Assembly: GCA_016790635.1 (NCBI GenBank)
Contig: JAEUOR010000060.1
Coordinates: forward strand, 1,880 to 65,879
Source: Burkholderiales bacterium
GTDB lineage: Bacteria; Pseudomonadota; Gammaproteobacteria; Burkholderiales; JAEUOS01
DNA: 64,000 nt
Reading direction: 5' to 3'
A program made the translations under genes and the position numbers. The notes beneath the pieces were generated by a model. It saw nothing but the letters and a program-made list of their open reading frames with translations, ran no database searches and was not told the DNA's origin. Shown one piece after another: positions 62,867 through 64,000 of this stretch (its first letter is position 1; each line of letters starts with the position of its first letter).

Positions 62867-64000
62867 ATGCCCGCCGAATTGTCTTCATTGCGAAATTTTC
62901 ACGTCGCGTCAGACGCCGCACGCCGCGCCGAAGTCGTGACAGGAACGACGCGGCCTGCCGCCGACTTCGAATGGCAACTCCTCGCGCCCGGCAGCTTTTC
63001 CGCAAGGCACGCTGAATGGGATGCGTTCAATGACGCATTGTGGAATACGCCGTTGCTGTCGGCGTCCTTCGTCGGGGCCGCCCTGGACCATTTCGGCGAC
63101 GGGTCCGAGCGTCTGGCAGTCGCCCGCGACGTGGACGGCGTTGTCGCGATGACCGTCCTGACCAAGGGCGAGCGTCTTGCCCTCAAGGCGTTCCAGGCTT
63201 CGCAACTGCCGCTCTGCCCGTGGATGCAGCGGCCGGGCAGATCTCTCGACACTCTTGGACGCGCATTGCTTGCTTGCACGCCGCCTTGGAAGCGTGTGTT
63301 GTCGCTCTCGCCACTTGACCCAGCAAAGCTACCGCGCATTCAAGACAATGGCTTGATACACACGAGCCGATACATCGATACCGGTCGCATCGAGTTGCCG
63401 GGCGATCTCGCCACCTTCGAGAGTGGCCTCAGTGCGAAATTTCGCGCCAACCTGATGCGGCGGCACCGCGCAGCGAGCGCTACGTTCGGCGATGTCACCC
63501 TCGAGGTCGAAACGCGCCCCGAACGCATGCAAGCCTGCATCGACCAATATGCTCACCTGGAAGGCGCGGGCTGGAAGGCGGACGCAGGCACCGCGGTGCG
63601 CGCAGGTGAAGCGCAGTTCGACTTTTATGTCGACATGCTGACAAGACTTGCACAAAAGGAACAAGCGCTGGTATTCCTACTTCGCTTCGGGGCGCGCGTT
63701 GCCGCCATGCAGTTGGCGGTCGCGCGTGATTCACGCCTCTATTTTCTCAAGACCACATACGACGAGGGCCTCGGCGCCCACGGACCCGGTGTGTTGCTGA
63801 AGTGGAAGCTGTTTGAAGCAGTTCTCACCGGTCAGTTGCCTTTTCGCCGTTGCGACTTGTACGGCCGCGTCAACGATTCGAATCGGAACTGGGTAACCAC
63901 AGGACGCAGCCTGTATCACGCTAACATCTACCGGGGACCTTCAACGGCTGCACTGCACTTGATTTCTCGCGCTTTTCGGTCAGGCAGCGTGGCACCGGCC
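62867..64000 (+). CDS. GNAT-fold CelD/BcsL / FemAB-like acyltransferase family protein, 3'-truncated by the window edge
   Basis: Not in the ORF track because no stop lies inside the window. I translated frame 2 from ATG 62867 to nt 64000 without a stop: MPAELSSLRNFHV...HAEWDAFNDALWNTPLLSASFVGAALDHFGDGSERLAVARDVDGVVAMTVL...YFLKTTYDEGLGAHGPGVLLKWKLFEAV. The pattern resembles CelD/FemAB-type proteins of EPS loci. Confidence 0.68.
   Translation, partial: MPAELSSLRNFHVASDAARRAEVVTGTTRPAADFEWQLLAPGSFSARHAEWDAFNDALWNTPLLSASFVGAALDHFGDGSERLAVARDVDGVVAMTVLTKGERLALKAFQASQLPLCPWMQRPGRSLDTLGRALLACTPPWKRVLSLSPLDPAKLPRIQDNGLIHTSRYIDTGRIELPGDLATFESGLSAKFRANLMRRHRAASATFGDVTLEVETRPERMQACIDQYAHLEGAGWKADAGTAVRAGEAQFDFYVDMLTRLAQKEQALVFLLRFGARVAAMQLAVARDSRLYFLKTTYDEGLGAHGPGVLLKWKLFEAVLTGQLPFRRCDLYGRVNDSNRNWVTTGRSLYHANIYRGPSTAALHLISRAFRSGSVAPA

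Noticed and set aside
1-64000. CRISPR arrays, IS elements/transposases, prophage genes, toxin-antitoxin or restriction-modification/defence cassettes, and rRNA genes.
   Set aside because: I found no regularly spaced repeats, no transposase/integrase-like translation in any listed ORF, and no rRNA-like conserved stretch. The methyltransferases present have sugar-pathway context and small-molecule (class I) motifs rather than DNA-methyltransferase motifs.

Overview
High-G+C, betaproteobacterium-like chromosomal window; the taxon guess rests only on composition, the two Bug/TctC binding proteins and the XrtA-type locus. It splits into two parts.

(1) nt 1-22.8 kb holds ordinary housekeeping and metabolic genes: 5'-truncated pepN, a YbaK-like deacylase, a PanE-family reductase, a MOSC protein, an EamA transporter, two Bug/TctC binding proteins, a DsbA-like isomerase, an acyl-CoA synthetase, a GMC oxidoreductase, an MBL-fold lipoprotein, parC, a lytic transglycosylase, PlsC- and CdsA-family paralogues, parE, an ABC-F ATPase and a VOC protein. 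This part ends at tRNA-Arg(CCT), 22916-22990.

(2) From about 23.6 kb to the window edge lies a roughly 40-kb exopolysaccharide / PEP-CTERM locus of the exosortase-A type, with visibly lower G+C in places.
- Plus strand, left side: an EpsB-type priming sugar transferase, the PrsK sensor kinase, the sigma-54 activator PrsR (GAFTGA present), a canonical sigma-54 promoter (TGGCACG-N4-ATGC, 28865-28880), one PEP-CTERM protein and a strong bidirectional terminator.
- Minus strand, 61272 down to 30063: 23 co-directional genes. These are an ACP plus two unusual alpha/beta-fold proteins, a GT4, a Zn-ribbon-methyltransferase-kinase fusion, a Wzx-like flippase, an AsnB-type amidotransferase, a TPR-like protein, a Tat-signal beta-helix protein, a WecA/MraY-family transferase, a giant O-antigen-ligase-like/TPR membrane protein, a passenger-less autotransporter-like OMP, a lipoprotein hydrolase, a GT2, the PrsT TPR lipoprotein, a DegT aminotransferase, a GNAT, Wzm/Wzt ABC exporter proteins, a small secreted protein, a three-module glycosyltransferase, a methyltransferase with a long coiled coil, and a GT-like protein.
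- Right edge, plus strand: a DegT-like protein and a 3'-truncated CelD/FemAB-like gene.

The exosortase (XrtA), EpsI and the Wza/Wzc-type export genes are not in the window. No CRISPR array, IS element, integrase or rRNA was seen. The most interesting items:
- the uncharacterised ACP + Cys-nucleophile + triad-less alpha/beta-fold module;
- an ABC-transporter-dependent glycan operon headed by prsT, with a candidate coiled-coil chain terminator;
- a WbdD-like methyltransferase-kinase fusion;
- the coexistence of two priming enzymes and two export routes in one locus.
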